The translations under genes and the position numbers were made by a program. The notes beneath the pieces were generated by a model, which ran no database searches, was not told the DNA's origin, and worked only from the letters and a program-made list of their open reading frames with translations. Shown here piece after piece: positions 12,795-27,169 of a DNA stretch of 64,000 nucleotides. This DNA comes from Camelus ferus. Lineage: Eukaryota. The first letter of the stretch is position 1. Every line of letters starts with the position of its first letter. The stretch covers positions 121,274,001 to 121,338,000 of the forward strand of contig NC_045696.1 in the NCBI RefSeq assembly GCF_009834535.1, written 5' to 3'.

Positions 12795-13399
12795 ATGGAG
12801 GTTCCTTAAAAAACTAAAAATAGACTTACCCTATGATCCCTCAATCCCACTCCTGGGCATATATCTGTGGGGAACTCTAATTTGAAAAGACACATGCATC
12901 CCAATGTTCACAGCAGTACTGTATACAATAGCCAAGACATGGAAGCAACCTAAATGTCCATCGACAGATGACTGGATAAAGAAGTTGTGGTGTACTTATA
13001 TAATGGAATTCTGCTCAGCCATAAAAAATAATGGAATAATGCCATTGCAGCAACATGGATGGACCTGGAGATCGTCATACTAAGTGAAGTAAGACAGAGA
13101 CAAACATTAAGATATCACTTCTATGTGGAATCTAAAAAATAGTACAAATGAATTTATTTACAAAACAGAAAGAGACTCACAGACATAGAAAACAAACTTG
13201 TGGTTACCAGCAGGGAAAGGGGGTGGGAAGGGATAAACTGAGAGTTCGGGATTTACAGATACTAACTACTATATATAAAATAGATAAGCAATAAGGTCTT
13301 ACTGTACAGCCCAGGGAACTATATTCAATATCTTATAGTAACCTATAATGAAAAAGAATACGAAAAGGAATATATATATATATATACACACATACATAC

Positions 13400-13430
<31 letters not shown>

Positions 13431-13540
13431 CACACACATATACATATGTATGTATATTTGTAACTGAATCACCATGCTGTACTCTAGAAATTGACAACAC
13501 TGCAGACTGACTATACTTAAATAAAAATTTTTTTAAAAAA
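12795..13540 (+). mobile_element. Young L1 3' end with internal (TA)n/(CA)n microsatellite (about 13370-13458)
   Basis: Same ORF2-end/3'UTR sequence as 6730-7390. Confidence 0.92.
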
Positions 13541-14184
13541 ACATTTTCTTAACAACCACAAGTCATTAAGAAAGCACTAGGTTATTGTTTCACTGGAAGC
13601 ATTTTTTGCGTTTAGTGGTACGGTAAACAGTTGATAATTTCTCTGACTTTATGAAATATGTTACATATAGATAAGTCTTTCTGTTAAATGTTTGAATGAT
13701 GATAAATGAACCTTCCGAATGGGTAAGAGTAAAGGGATATGATTTATAGGTATGATTTATTTTCTCGGAAATACAACAAAATAAAGGCAGCAGAACACAA
13801 TAAAAAGCACAAAGTTTGACAACTGACTGCACGGGGTTTTGAGCCTCAATTTCTTCATCTGTAAGCTGGAGACAAAGCAACATACCTCACAGTTCAGTTA
13901 GAAGGAAATGAAATTATGATTTTGATAAGGACTCTACTATGCCACAGAAATCATGGATAATTTCATTAAATAGCTAATATTAAACATTAAATATATATAT
14001 TTCATTAAATAGCTAATATTAAACATAACCCTAAATCTCTTCAATAAGTAGTGTAGGGCTATCTCATGAGCTCCCGAGAAAAAATCCTCTCTGAGTCCTA
14101 ACACAAGCATTTAAGGCTCCATAGATGTGGGGCTGAGAAACCTCTAAGCCTCTGACACTTTCCAATGACTTCAAAAATATTAAT

Positions 14185-14966
14185 CTCAGAATGGCCATCA
14201 TTAAAAAGTCCACAAACAATAAATGCTGAAGAGGGTGTAGAAAAGGGAACTCTCCTACACTGCTGGTGGGAACATAGCTCGATGCAGCCATTATGGAAAA
14301 TAGTATAGAGATTCCTCAAAAAACTAAAAATAGACTTACCATATGATCCAGCAATCCACTCCTGGGCATATATCCAGACAAAATTCTAATTCGAAAAGAT
14401 ACATGCACCCCAATGTATTCATAGCAGCACTATTCACAACAGCCAAGACATGGAAACAACCTCAATGTCCACTGACAGATGACTGGATAAAGAAGTTGTG
14501 GTATATTTATATAGTGGAATAGTACTCAGCCATTAAAATAATGCCATCTGCAGCAACATGGATGGACCTGGAGATCATCATTGTAAGTAAAATAAGCCAG
14601 AAAGAGAAAGAAAAATACCATATGATATCACTCATATGTGGAATTTAAGAAAAAAAAAAAGAAATAAAAAAGAGGACACGATGAACTCATCTACAAAACA
14701 GAAACAGTCTCACAGACATAGTAAACAATCTTATGGTTACCAGGGAAAGGGGTGGGAAGGGATAAATTTGGGAGTTTGAGATCTGCAAATGTTAACCACT
14801 ATATATATAAGTAGAGAAAAAACATATTTCTTCTTTATAGCACAGGGAACTATGTTCAGTATCTTGCAATAACCTTTAATGAAAAAGAATATGAAAATGA
14901 ATATATGTATGTATATGCATAACTGAGACATTGTGATGTACGCCAGAAACTGACACATCGTAACTG
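14185..14966 (+). mobile_element. Young L1 3' fragment lacking the terminal bases and poly-A
   Basis: 'tcagaatggccatcattaaaaagtcc...' to 'gtaactga'; homologous to 6615-7378. Confidence 0.9.
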
Positions 14967-16434
14967 ATAATGTTTCACACTGTGCTGGGGCGGGAGGGTA
15001 CTGGTCCACACAATTAAAGACAGGAAAACTAGAGCCATTGTTAAGTAACGACGGGAAAACCTATCTCTATTTCCAAATGATATATATTTTAAAAATTGCA
15101 AAAATTAACAGAAAATTACTATAAACAAAAATAAAACAATAAAATAGTAATTTAAGAAAACAAACCAACAGATTTTTTTTTCTCAACAGCTTTTATGTAT
15201 ATGAACAACAGGCAGTTAGAGGATACAATGGAAGTGAAAGAAAGAAACAAAGACACTAGGCATAAACTTAAAAATAAACATTCCAAACCTCTAAGAGGAA
15301 ACATTACGCACTCCTGCAAAACACAAAGGAAGACATGAGTGAGCTGAAAGACAGGCCGTGTTCTGGGTGGGAAGACTCAGAATTGACAGAGATCTCCTTT
15401 GCAATCGCAATAAAGTACCATTGCTTTCTTCCCCTCTTCCGGTACAAGCTGCTTATACAGTTGAATGGAAAGAACAAACAAGCAAAATATCCAGGAAAAC
15501 CCTTAAAACGACACACAATACAGAAGTGAGAGGGGCTGGTTCCATCAGGTATTAAAACACTCAACAAAGTAAGTATCTATGAGGGGAGAGGGTAAAAGTG
15601 GAAGAAACAGGAATGGAGCCAGACTTTTCTGCACATACTTTGTTTTGTCATTTTGACTTTGGAATCTAGTAAACATTTTAGACAACTATAAAACAAAATT
15701 AAATGTGAAAAAAAGAAATTGTAAAACCTGAAAGCCAAATGAAGCAAAAGAAGCTGACAGTTCCAAAGGGCAGAGCTTTCACTCCTGAGAGCGAGCCTTC
15801 CTAGACTTTAAAGGATGACTTATCATCCTTAGAGAGAGATGTCTTACAGGAAAACGAACTTCAACATTTCAAAACTCATGGATTTTAAAAATTCATGCCA
15901 GAAAGTAAGGAAACTGTTAAGCTTATGTCAAAAGAACTCAAGAGCCGACCTGAAGGGGTTTTAACTGGTTAAATTTGGGACAATTAAAGATTTCAAAGGA
16001 ATAATCATAATTGAAACAGACTGAAACACCTGAGTATATTAGAAAGATCCATGAATTCCTAATAATACTGAGCGACCTCGTTAGTCACCTATGGAGGATG
16101 CTAGAGAGAAGTGACTTGTTATTCTGAAAACTGCTTTTTAACAAAGAAGAAAGCATTTTCCTGCCTTTCTTGTACAAATCACACCTCAGGGAACCAAGCA
16201 GTTGTTGAAGAGAGTTTTTCTTTACAGAAGAACTCTAAATAATAAAGAAGGAATGATAGAATTCGAAAATTACCATTTTGGAAATTCTAATGAAATAATG
16301 AATCTTGCCCATGTTCCTCAATGACTGTTAACACCATAAAAGCATCATCATGTGTGAAACATTCTTGCTATGAAATAGCCCCTGAATTTGATCAAAACCA
16401 ACTGGCTGTTTACAGGGAACAGAGTGGAAGAAAT

Positions 16435-16527
16435 TCTTTCTTTCTTTTTTAATGGAGGTATGGGGGATTGATCCCAGGACCTCGTACATGCTAAGCACAT
16501 GCTCTACCCCTGAGCTATACCCTCCCC
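16435..16527 (-). mobile_element. vic-1-like tRNA-derived SINE
   Basis: Reverse complement reads ggggagggtatagctcaggggtagagcatgtgcttagcatgtacgaggtcctgggatcaatcccc..., with A/B boxes and an A-rich tail. Confidence 0.88.
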
Positions 16528-16865
16528 TGACACCTGGTTTCTTCAATAAGTAAACTGCAAGGGGAAAAAAAAGCAGGGAAAGAGAACTAACAGGCTAAAA
16601 GAGACCTTTGAGACATTTCAGTCAAAAGCAATGCTTGGACCTTGTTTAGATATCAATTTGAAAAAACAACACAACAAAACTTTCAATGAATTAGACAATC
16701 AGTCATGCGTGAATAGTGGCAGGAGGCTTGATGGCGTTAAGGATGCGGAGCCAGTATTCTCAGGTGTGATGACCGGCTTGTAGTTCTGTTACAGAAAGGT
16801 TCCTTGTCCTTCAGAGACCAGGCTGACAAACTCTGGGATGAAATGATGTTTCGGGGAGGGTCCCA

Positions 16866-17083
16866 CAGGGACTTTCTTCGGCTCCAGGCACTTTTGCCTC
16901 CTGGGGCCCCTCCTAAAAATGTTATCGTTTTCTGATGTGAGAAATAAATAAAAATATTTCTTTCAGTCTTACAAGTTCATTTTTTCTTCTGACTTTAAAA
17001 GAAAGGAAAACATCTCGTAGGCTCTTAAAGTATCTCAGGTCCTCATACTATGCTTGCTTTGCCTGATGGATGAGTGAGCCCTG
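16866..17083. mobile_element. hAT MITE (MER96-like)
   Basis: Termini cagggac...gccctg; internal 'aggcacttttgcc...ggggcccct'. Confidence 0.65.
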
Positions 17084-17490
17084 TCTGGGATTTGCTTCTG
17101 AAGGATCCAGTGGTGGGGGGGGGGGTGGCGAGAAAGGGGTGCAGGGAGTGTAGACAAAATAAATTATGTATGTACGTGCATGACTGAAACAGGATGCTGT
17201 ACACCAGAAATTGACACAACGTCAATGGTAAACTGACTACACTTCATTAAAAAAATTATTCTTAACTGATTTAAAAGTAAAATAAAATAAAATTGGCCCC
17301 AAGTTAATAATGGCTAAAGCTGTGTGAGGGGTGTGGGGATGGGGGAGGGTTATCATAAAGTCTTTCTACTTTTATGGATGTTTAAAATTTCCATAATAAA
17401 TAAGTTAAAACAACAACTTCTGAAAAAAGACTTATTTAAATGTTGTTCTTATTTTACCCACAAAGGAAGAATATGAAAAAAGAATAAAAC

Positions 17491-17587
17491 CAAAAGAAAG
17501 AATATATATATAGCTGAATCAATATGCTGTACACCTGAAACTAACACATTGTAAATCAACTATACCTCAATAAAAAATATAAAAGTT
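17491..17587 (+). mobile_element. Very short L1 3' end
   Basis: 'gctgtacacctgaaactaacacattgtaaatcaactatacctcaataaaaa' with TSD aaagaataaaac at 17479-17490 and 17588-17599. Confidence 0.8.
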
Positions 17588-18509
17588 AAAGAATAAAACT
17601 GGTTACGTGAACTTGGTGTTCACATGGACCCTGAATAAATGAGAACCAATGAGATCAAGTCTCATTTGGGACAAAGATCTCATTGTTCAAGATTTGCTAA
17701 GACTGAGAATCTAAACGGACAGAGGGCTTTAAAATTTTTTTAATGTAAAACTTGACTTCCTAATTTTTTTTGGCAGTGGGGAGATGCTGCCTGCCAATAT
17801 GGCACCGTTTCATTTCAGAGAAAACCAAACAGGAACAGCAGGCCAAGAATTTCCCAGTGGCCTTTGTGGCAAGACAATCAGTACAAGTGAAGGGCGGTAC
17901 CGGGAGTGGTCCACCCGGCTAGCAGGAAAGCTGCGCTGGGCTGTGGTGCGCAGGTGAGTGATGGGGTGTGAGCTCCAGCACACCTGAGTCTCTGTCCCTC
18001 TGTCCTGCTCTGTCCATTCACTCCAGACAGTCACTGGGCATCCAGTCTGTGCCAAGCACTGTGCTGGGGGCCTGGACATACAGGGAACAAAGCATGCTTT
18101 GCGCCAGGAGGAGCAAAGAATAAGAAAGAGATGTGTAAACAGAAATGTTTCAAACACGTAGAGGAGGATCTCAGTGAGGTGTGTGTAGGGAGAGAGGGTG
18201 CCCTGAAGATGCTACAGAGAACAGGGAAGGCTTTCGGAAGTGGGGGAGAAGTCAGAGACCCAAAGAAAAGCAGCTTGACCCCAGAAAGGCAGAACGAGGA
18301 AGGTGTCCCAGGCAGAGAGGTGTGCTCAGCCCTGAAGGCCAGACAGAGTGCAGGAGGGCGCCAGTGCTGGGCTGGGAAATGGTGGTGGAGGGGAGGCCAG
18401 GCATGGGGGCGCTGAGCCCCGGAGGGTGTGATGAAGGAGTAAACGTCTACACCGGGGTTCTCTGTGTGGGTGGGACCAGAGCACCAGCATCTCTTCGAAT
18501 GTGCTAGAA

Positions 18510-18790
18510 CACCAGTTCTCAGGCCTGCCCGGGACCTACTGCATCAGCAACTCTGAGGGTAAGGCCCAGCGATCCGCGTTTTAACAAGCCTTCTAGTGAC
18601 TGTGACATGTTGGTCTTAATGATTTTACCCTCCAGGGAACATGTAGCAATGTGGGAACACACTTCTGGCTGTCAGACTGATGGGGCTGACGTACGAGTAG
18701 CATTCAGTAGCCTGGGGCACCGCGACACATCCTACAGAGCACAGGACACGCCCCAGCACAACCCAAATGGCAACAGCGCAACCGCTGAGA
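18510..18790. mobile_element. MER5A-like and MER20-like hAT-Charlie MITEs
   Basis: 'acctactgcatcagcaactctgagggtaaggcccagc...ttttaacaagcc' and 'attttaccctccagggaacat...cctacagagcacaggac'. Confidence 0.6.
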
Positions 18791-18799
18791 AAGCCTGTC

Positions 18800-18950
18800 T
18801 CTCCCTTCTCTCTGTCTCTGTCTCTTTCGTTTCCCTCCCTTCCATCCTCCTCCCTCCCTCCCTCTCCCCTTCCTTCCTTTCTTCCTTCCTCCTTCCCTCC
18901 TCTCTCTCCTTCCTTCTTCCCTCCCTCCCCCCTTCTCTCTCTCCTTTACT
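18800..18950. repeat. CT-rich (TCCC/TTCC)n simple repeat
   Basis: Polypyrimidine tract seen directly. Confidence 0.9.
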
Positions 18951-19979
18951 CCCACTTGTCCTCTACAGACAGCAGAGAACCCAAAAGGCCACAGGGCACT
19001 CCTCTCCCACATACTTATTTATTCAGTTACAGCTCTCTCCTTCTATCCAAGTATTAACTCCCCATGACCAAGCTGATCTGTGCCTAATGGAGACATGATT
19101 TAATTTCTGCCCAGAAGGGTACATTTACCTTCCTGGGAACAGGGTGGATAGTCACTGCCCCCATGCCTGGAGCTGTAGGTCTCAGCCCCTCCTCTGCATG
19201 TGAGTCCAAACAGCCCCGGGTCCTGGTTTTGGCTTGAGAGACAGCTCCAGGGGAAGGGGAGGTGCAGGGGAACATCCCTGCGCTGCTCCCCACAACATGG
19301 AAGGGCGCATGTCTCCTGAGAGTACAGACTCTAAACAGAACTGTACTGTGCAAGTCACATGAGGAGTCTGGGACTAACCAATGGACGACATGGGCAGATG
19401 GAGATACCTGTTAGAAGGAGGTCTGTCGGGCAAAGGAGTGAGGAGACGGAGTCATGAAGATGAGCACTGGTGGCGCCCGCCCGACGCTTTCCGGGGTCCC
19501 GTCTGCCATGTGCACCTGTTCCCCTTCGTGGCGCAGATGCCCAGGCCCTAAGGTCTGAGGTCACTATCCAGCCCGTTCCTCGGCCTCCTGGGCTTTGCTG
19601 CCAGGGTGTCCCCACGGCCTCCTGACACCTGTCTTCCCTACGGTTTGCCCACATGGAGAGAACGCCTGGGGAGGCCCCTAGGAATGTCAAGTCTGCCGAC
19701 AGTTGTGTTTCTCACTGGACATGAACCAGTCGGCCTTCTGGTTTCTGGCTCTAGCCTCTACTGAATTCCTTAGCCCACCTGCGTTGGTGCAGTCAGCCCT
19801 GGGACACTGACACCACAGAGCTTCTGGACGTCTGAGGTGGAGAGAGGGCCAGTCCATGGCCCGCAGGGAGGGCCCCTTGGAGTCTGAGCCAGGCAATCAG
19901 CCCACTGTCTTCCTTTGGTCCTCCTGCCTCTCATAATGCATCTTTTCCTCCAACTTCGACATTCCCATCACACTCAAGA

Positions 19980-20422
19980 AGTGTACGTGGTGGACTGAAA
20001 ACAGGCCCCCAGGAGGTGGGGTCTACTTCCTGTTTCCTCGTCCCTGAACCTGCGATGGCGATGTGACGTGCTTTGGTCAACAGAACACAGAGGAAGTACC
20101 ATTGGATGGGTCTGAGACCAGAGATCGTGCACCCCAAGGTTGCCGTGAGTGTAAGTCCAAGCTCGCTGGCCGAGCAACAAGAGACTCAGGGCCCAGCCAC
20201 CCCGATCATCCCCGGTGACAGTCAGCCAAATCCCAGAAGTACAGACATCCCGCTCAGGTACAGCTGACCACAGATGCACGAGGGAGTCCAACCAAGACCG
20301 ACAGGGGAACGTCCCAGATGAACTCAACTTGCCAGCGTGCAGAATCATAAGCTAAAAAAATGGCTATTATGTTAAGCGTTAAATTCTGGAGTAGTCTGTC
20401 AAGCAACAGTAGATAATGATAC
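19980..20422 (+). mobile_element. MaLR MLT1 solo LTR
   Basis: Ends 'gcaacagtagataatgataca'; internal 'cagctgaccacagatgcacgagggag'. Confidence 0.7.
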
Positions 20423-20615
20423 AACAATATTTGTGTTTTTAATAATTCCCAATTTTACCCTGAACTTCCTGCTACAGTTCCTCCTTGAGAAGCCATGGGA
20501 TTCTCCTCTGAATGGAGAGCAAGGAGGATTTACCTGGTGTGACCTCAGGAGCATCAATGTCCCTGGAAGAAGGGACAGCCCCTGCTGCAGGAAATGTTCG
20601 GTTTGCCAACCTTCA

Positions 20616-21041
<426 letters not shown>

Positions 21042-21514
21042 TCAAAAGGGGTTGGGATTCAGGAGATGGGCCGCCTCTGGGCTCTGATGAAAGGTCCCTG
21101 CGGCACAAATTCCCTCCTGTTGAGGTCAGCACGGTGGGCGTGGGAGGTGGGGGCAGAGGCAGGACAATTCTACTGCTAAAGCACTGAGTGGTCCTTGGTA
21201 ACCTGTGACCTTGGCTAGATCAGACTGCAAGTCAGAGGGAAAGTTTCTAGAATAAAAACCCCAGGAGCACACTCACACGCGCTACGCTGGGAAGGCACGC
21301 AGGGCAGGTCTCCAGACCTTCAGCACCACAAACAAAGACTGGGATATAGTGAAGCCCTTTTAAAAGCGGTTTACCAGTCATGAACTTGGCTAAATCCTGC
21401 CCCTGAGTCCTCACGAGTCAATCCTATGCCTCCATCGCTATGACGGAAATAATTTGATTTGTTTAGAAAGACTGAGTATCTGCTCTGGGCCGAGGACTGT
21501 ACCGTGTCCTCTAG

Positions 21515-21672
21515 GGCAGGGGTTTCCAAAGGCGGGTTCCCAGACCAGCAGGGGCTGCAACATCCGGAACTCGTTAAAAATGCAAATTTCTAGGTTCCAT
21601 CCAGACATACGGACAGAAACTCTCTAGGTGGGCCTCTAGGTGATTCTGAGGCAGGAAATTTGAGCACCAGTG
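21515..21672. mobile_element. MER5A-like MITE
   Basis: 'ccagaccagcag...gttaaaaatgcaaattt...aggtgattctgagg...tttgagcaccagtg'. Confidence 0.65.
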
Positions 21673-23674
21673 CTCTGGGGAACGTACAAATGAAGTTGAG
21701 TGGAATTCTGTCATATTGATTTTTCTTCTTAGGAAGTTTTCAGTTAGCAGAAGTCTTAGCATTGTAAAAAGAAATTAATTCTCTATCCTAATAACATTAC
21801 TTTATAAGTAACTCCCTCTTCTCCTGGATTCCTTGATATAACTATGAATTACTGATTAGACTGTAGGCTCATTATTAAATTTCCTTTGATGCAATAAAGT
21901 AGAAAAATACTGTTCCCGGGTGACTTCATCTTCTGCTCTGAGTCCCTGAATGATCAAAGCGATAGTGAGAAACAAGTGAGATTAAATTGTTTTGGTTAAT
22001 TTAAATTTCTCACCTTTAGATAAAAATCCTGCCTCACTGCAACAGTTTTGTGAAAACTCAACAGCAAATAAAAATTTCAACTAGAAATTTCCTTGGAAAT
22101 TAAAATATGTGTGCGTATGAATGTGCATGTGTGTATGAGTGTGTCTATGTGTGTGTGTATGTACACGCATGCTTCCCCAGAGAGAACAGTATTGTCTAGT
22201 ATTTATTTTGTATCTGCTGAGTAAGAAAGGGGGGAAAATCAGTGTTATGTTGTTGGAGTCGTCGGAAAATTTTACAGTCACATGTCTTGTGAGACTCTGG
22301 CAGCCCCTCGGCAAAGGGGTAGGGGTACGTTCTGGAGATTCTCGGGAAAAGGAGAGTGTACCAGTGTCGATAAGGAGAAGAGGGATGGTGTTGGGAGCAG
22401 AGGCGAGAAGCATTCTGTGAGAGACGTCAGCCGTCTCCGGTCCCCCTGCACACTCCAGGCCCCAGTCACCGAATGGAGCAGAAGCAGGAATGAGCACCAC
22501 TATTTACTTCTTCGGGAGGAAGATCACTCCACCAAAGGCATCTTTGTGTGGGAACAAGTTCTACTTGGTGGTGGTGATGGGAGCCACTTGGGGAAACCGT
22601 CCCGGTTGCACCTGAAACTGTTCCCCAGGGATCATGGTCCAGAGCATCACCTGGTACTATTACAGGGAGTAGACACACAAGCTACACTCAGCTCCATTCA
22701 TGGGTTCACTCTTTTACTAAACACACTTTAAAAATGCTAACTATGTACCAGATGACATCCACAGACTAGCCCATCTAAGACTGTTCGATTCTCATCTCCC
22801 TTAAGTATGATCTAAAAAGTTCCCAAATACTACCTGCAACCCTGTTACTTCCAGAAAACGGAACTGGATTTCCAGCACAGGGCTTGGGACTCTGGTACCC
22901 AACTCTTACCCTGGGAAGGTCATGATGGGAGTTCCTTCTTCCCTTACCCACCACTGGTAAACACAACAATCTTCTCTCAGCTCCAAGCCACTCATCAAAA
23001 TTACCCTACTTCTCTTTATCAATGCACTTCACACCCCCACACAATCTCTCTTGAACTGCCTTGTAAAGAAAATAAAAGTGAAACTAGAGATGGGGGTTGG
23101 CTGTTAAGTGGGTGTGTGGCAGTGGGCAGTGGAGGGTGGGGTTCAGAGCCACATGGAGGAAAGGAGGGAGGGTGAGAGGGAGATGCAGCCAGAACAAGTG
23201 GCTGACGATTCAGGGCAGCTGTCCAGCTGGTGGACCTGACATCAATCCAGAGCGTGGATTCCCTGGGAAGGCAGGCTGGCTGCCTGAATCACAGTGAAGT
23301 TCAGGGTCAAACTCAATTCGATCCCTGGCTTACTGGGAGAATTGGTAAAGTGACCTGACCTTCCCAAAGTGCAGTTTCTTCAACTGTAAAATGGGGTAAT
23401 GATAGGCATGTCCAGGGATTGTTGTGAGAAGGAAATAAAATAATGGCTTTAAAATCACTCAGCACAATGCTTACTACCTGCATGTTAGACGTTGGCTAGC
23501 ATTCATGTTTTTATTATCAATTAATTGCTGGTTTTCTGTATTAAAGGTCAATAATGGAAAAGGTGGGCAAGAGAGGGTCTTCTCATGTGCCATCTACACT
23601 GAGAATAAAGGGTCCTCCTGAGGAGCGTGAAGACACCGGTCTGGGGGGATAGTTCCAGACATTAACACATGTAA

Positions 23675-23941
<267 letters not shown>

Positions 23942-26629
23942 CTAAAACAGAGAAGCAGAAATGAGCAGTTTCCTTCCCCTCCATGCAAACACGTGTGACT
24001 AGAGAAGAGCCCCAGAATCTGCCCCCCGCCCCCACTTTATTCCTCACCCCAGGGACCCAGCCTCGGGAGAGTGAGCCACATCGGAGCCCTGGGCCCGTCA
24101 GAGGAAAGTACTCGGTGGGTTGCAAGTAGTCTTCAAAGGTCAGTTCAAGTGCCATTTCCCTGAGGAGCACTGTGTCCGCCATCTTGGAAACATTATCTAC
24201 AGTCACTGTGAAGCCTGCGTCTGCTGACGGCAATACCTGGATCACTGCGGGTCTGTTCTTATCATCTGTTTCTGGTTCTGACTCCTGTTCTGCTTGTTAA
24301 TTTTTGATTGAATGCTAGATGCTGTGTGAAAAAAATTACACAGGCTCGAGGTGAGTCTCCAGCTTCCAGAAGGCAGTGAGTTCCAGAAGGCAGGGGGCAG
24401 CCACCTGAATCTAAGCAGGGCTGAGTTATTTAGAGGTTAGTTTCTTCAGGAGTCTTTCAAGGCCCAGTCTACTTTCGAGTCCTTGATGCCTAGGGTGTAG
24501 TCCCTAAAGGGTTTGAACTCAAAAGCTGAGCATTCAGGAGGGCTCTTCCCCCTGGACCAGCCCTCAAGGCTAATTTCTGTTTGTCAGACTCTGAAAGGCT
24601 CTGTTTACTTCATGATCTCCCCGCTCTATAGTTTTTGTCCCGTTTCTCTCTGTGCTGTTTGCTAATTAGCCAATGCCATGTGGGACTGGCATGCCAGCTA
24701 TCAGGCGCCTTCCCTTCTCCAGAGCATCTCCAAAGACCCCGGCTCGCTCAGTAGCCCTGAACTTCACTTCCCCAGTTCCATGAGACTCTCAAAACCACTG
24801 CTCAGTTTCTCTATTTCCTAGTAGCTATTTTCTATTAGGCTTCCCTCGGCATCTTGCACGGTGTCCAGCTTTCAGTGGTACACACTGTTTACTGGACGTG
24901 TGAGTGAATACACAAATAAATGAATGAACGACACGAATGCCTGGTGCGGAACAGGAGGCTCTCTGAGCAACAGCCTCAGTCATCACACTCTCACTGTGTA
25001 TTTCACCAGGTGATCTCCCCAGAAATCTAGGCTGCAGCCAAGTAGAATAAAGCCTACAGCCATCCTAGTCTTTTAACTCAACAAAATATTTGCAGGGGAT
25101 ACCCTGATCACAGAGCCTCTGCGCTTGATGCTATAAGGTACAAGGACGGATAAAACCTTGTCCCAGCCCTCCAAAGTGCCATCCCCTTTGGGGCTAGGTA
25201 CACAGATAAACATAACCTAGGGCTAGAATCAATGAATGAATGAATGAATGGTGAATGATACAGAGAAGCGGGGCAGCGATGGATTTAAGACTAGAAAATA
25301 TAGCTGTGAGGAGGGCATTTCTAGGGAGACAACAGCCTGAGTGAAGGTGTGAAAGAGGAAACAGAAAGGGCACAGCATGTAGCTTAATGACCCTGGAGCC
25401 CAAGGGTGTATAGGGGAGTTTGAGGGAACACTGGTAAAGCCAGGTCCATGATATGAAGGGACCTAAGTGTGTATCCGAAGTGTCTGCTCTCACCTCCTAA
25501 GGCAGTGGGGAGCCACTGAAGGATTCTGAGCAGGAAAGTAATATGTTTGGCTCTGGAGTGAAAAAGATCAGCCCGAAAGACTATGTCGGATGCTTCAGGA
25601 AGATAAGAGATGGGGGTGGGGTGTCCGTCTTCCGCTTGGCTGACCTCCCTCCCAGCCAGAACCAACCCCACAGAGCCTGGAGAACACCCTTCTGCTCTAC
25701 TTCTGAGGTGCCTGATGGCCACACACGTCATCCTGCCAAGAACCCACAGTGGCTGCTTGGATCAGCAAGTCCACTTGCAAACCTTGTTTCTCCATCAAAA
25801 TGGCCTGGCTTTTCCCCCAGACACACTCCTAGCCATTCATCACCATCACGCCAGGCATTCACTCAAGACATCCTGCCTCGAGCCTTTTTCTGTTCCAATG
25901 CTCATCTTAAAGAACCCAAGCCCTCTGCTCCCTCCCTCCCCTAGTGTGGGCACGTTGTTAGCTGGTTCTACATGCCCCTGGGGTCCCTGTCAGGCTTTGA
26001 CTCTGGAAATAGACTGTCGGTCCCTCGGGGGACTGGGTGTGTGAATTGCACTTAAGAATTGCTCGGTACACTGGAGGAATTCTATCTCAGTTACTTTCCT
26101 TTTTCCTTTTATTGATAATTTTAAACTCCGTTATCATTTTCTATTTAAAAGTCAAAAATTTAGAAAAAATAAAAAGATGACAAAAATAGAAATGAGGAAA
26201 AAATAGCCCATAATCTCACCCATAAGTCTACAGCTATCAATAACATTTAGATAAACATTTTTTTTTCTAGAATCTAGACATAATTTTCTTTTCTTTCTTT
26301 AAAAATATATTTGTAATCATACTCTATATACACTTAAGTACCCTACTTTTTTTTCTGTTGGCAGTATATTGAAATGCTTTTTCTACTTATTTCACATTCT
26401 TTTAAGACTCTGTTTAGGATAAGCATGGAGTTGTCAGGAGGACGTACTATAAGTCAGGGAATCAACGATCAGATATGATCTTTGTCCTCAAGTAACTAAA
26501 AACCTAACGTGTAGCACACTGGCTTTTAGGACTGCTTTCAAATCCTGACTCCACCATATACAATCTGGATGATCTGGGACAAGATATTTAATTTTTCTGA
26601 GTCTCAGTTTCCTCCATAAACGGAGACGG

Positions 26630-27169
26630 TGAGACAGGGCAGAGCCATTCAAGAAGTAACACAGCAATTAACACCAAGGTGGTGGAAAATTCAATTCCCA
26701 ACAGACCTTAAGGCCCAAGATGGCGGGAGATTCGACTTCTAGTAGACCTTGAGCTTCATTATACACTCACTGTGATATACTGACATGGTGAATGACACAC
26801 CCACAGGCACCACGGCAGTTCCCAGGCTGACCATAAAAGGTCAAAAAGGGGGCAGTGGCCCAATTCCTGGGAATCCCCGCCCCTTTCCCAAAGAAGCTGG
26901 AATAATCCCCCCACTTGTTACCGAGCCCATGAAAACTAACAACCCCGCACCTCATGGCCGCGCTCCCTTCTGCCTGAGACGGCCTGCACTCTGCTACGGA
27001 GTGTGTGTCTCTCTGAATAAATAAATCTACTTTTACTCACCTATGGCTCGCTCTTGCATTCTTTCCTGTGCGAAGCCAAGGGCCCTCCCTTGGTGGGGTG
27101 CGTCCCAGGGACTGGACGGAGACCTAGGACACGCACGGCCATCCTCTCGCCCCATTTTTTCTTCTGTCA
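26630..27169 (+). mobile_element. ERV1 solo LTR, MER41-like, inserted into a MIR
   Basis: TG..CA ends, 'caagatggcg', 'gacacacccacaggcacc', 'aaaaaggggg...ttcctgggaat...cccctttccc...gaataatcccc', AATAAA and 'attctttcctgtgcga' are collinear with MER41. TSD not resolved. Confidence 0.75.

Larger units (their letters stand above)
14970..17410 (+). mobile_element. Degraded ancient L1M (ORF2 remnant to 3' end) hosting later insertions
   Basis: ORF2-like 'aaaacctatctctatttccaaatgat' and L1ME-type 3' end 'tttaaaatttccataataaa'. Confidence 0.6.

Noticed and set aside
18607..19098. Pro/Ser/Leu-rich and Gly/Arg/Glu-rich ORFs
   Set aside because: Artefacts of a CT-rich simple repeat and MITE sequence.
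21319..21338. REST/NRSE-like motif ttcagcaccacaaaca
   Set aside because: Only the left half matches; the key GGACAG core reads AAACAA.
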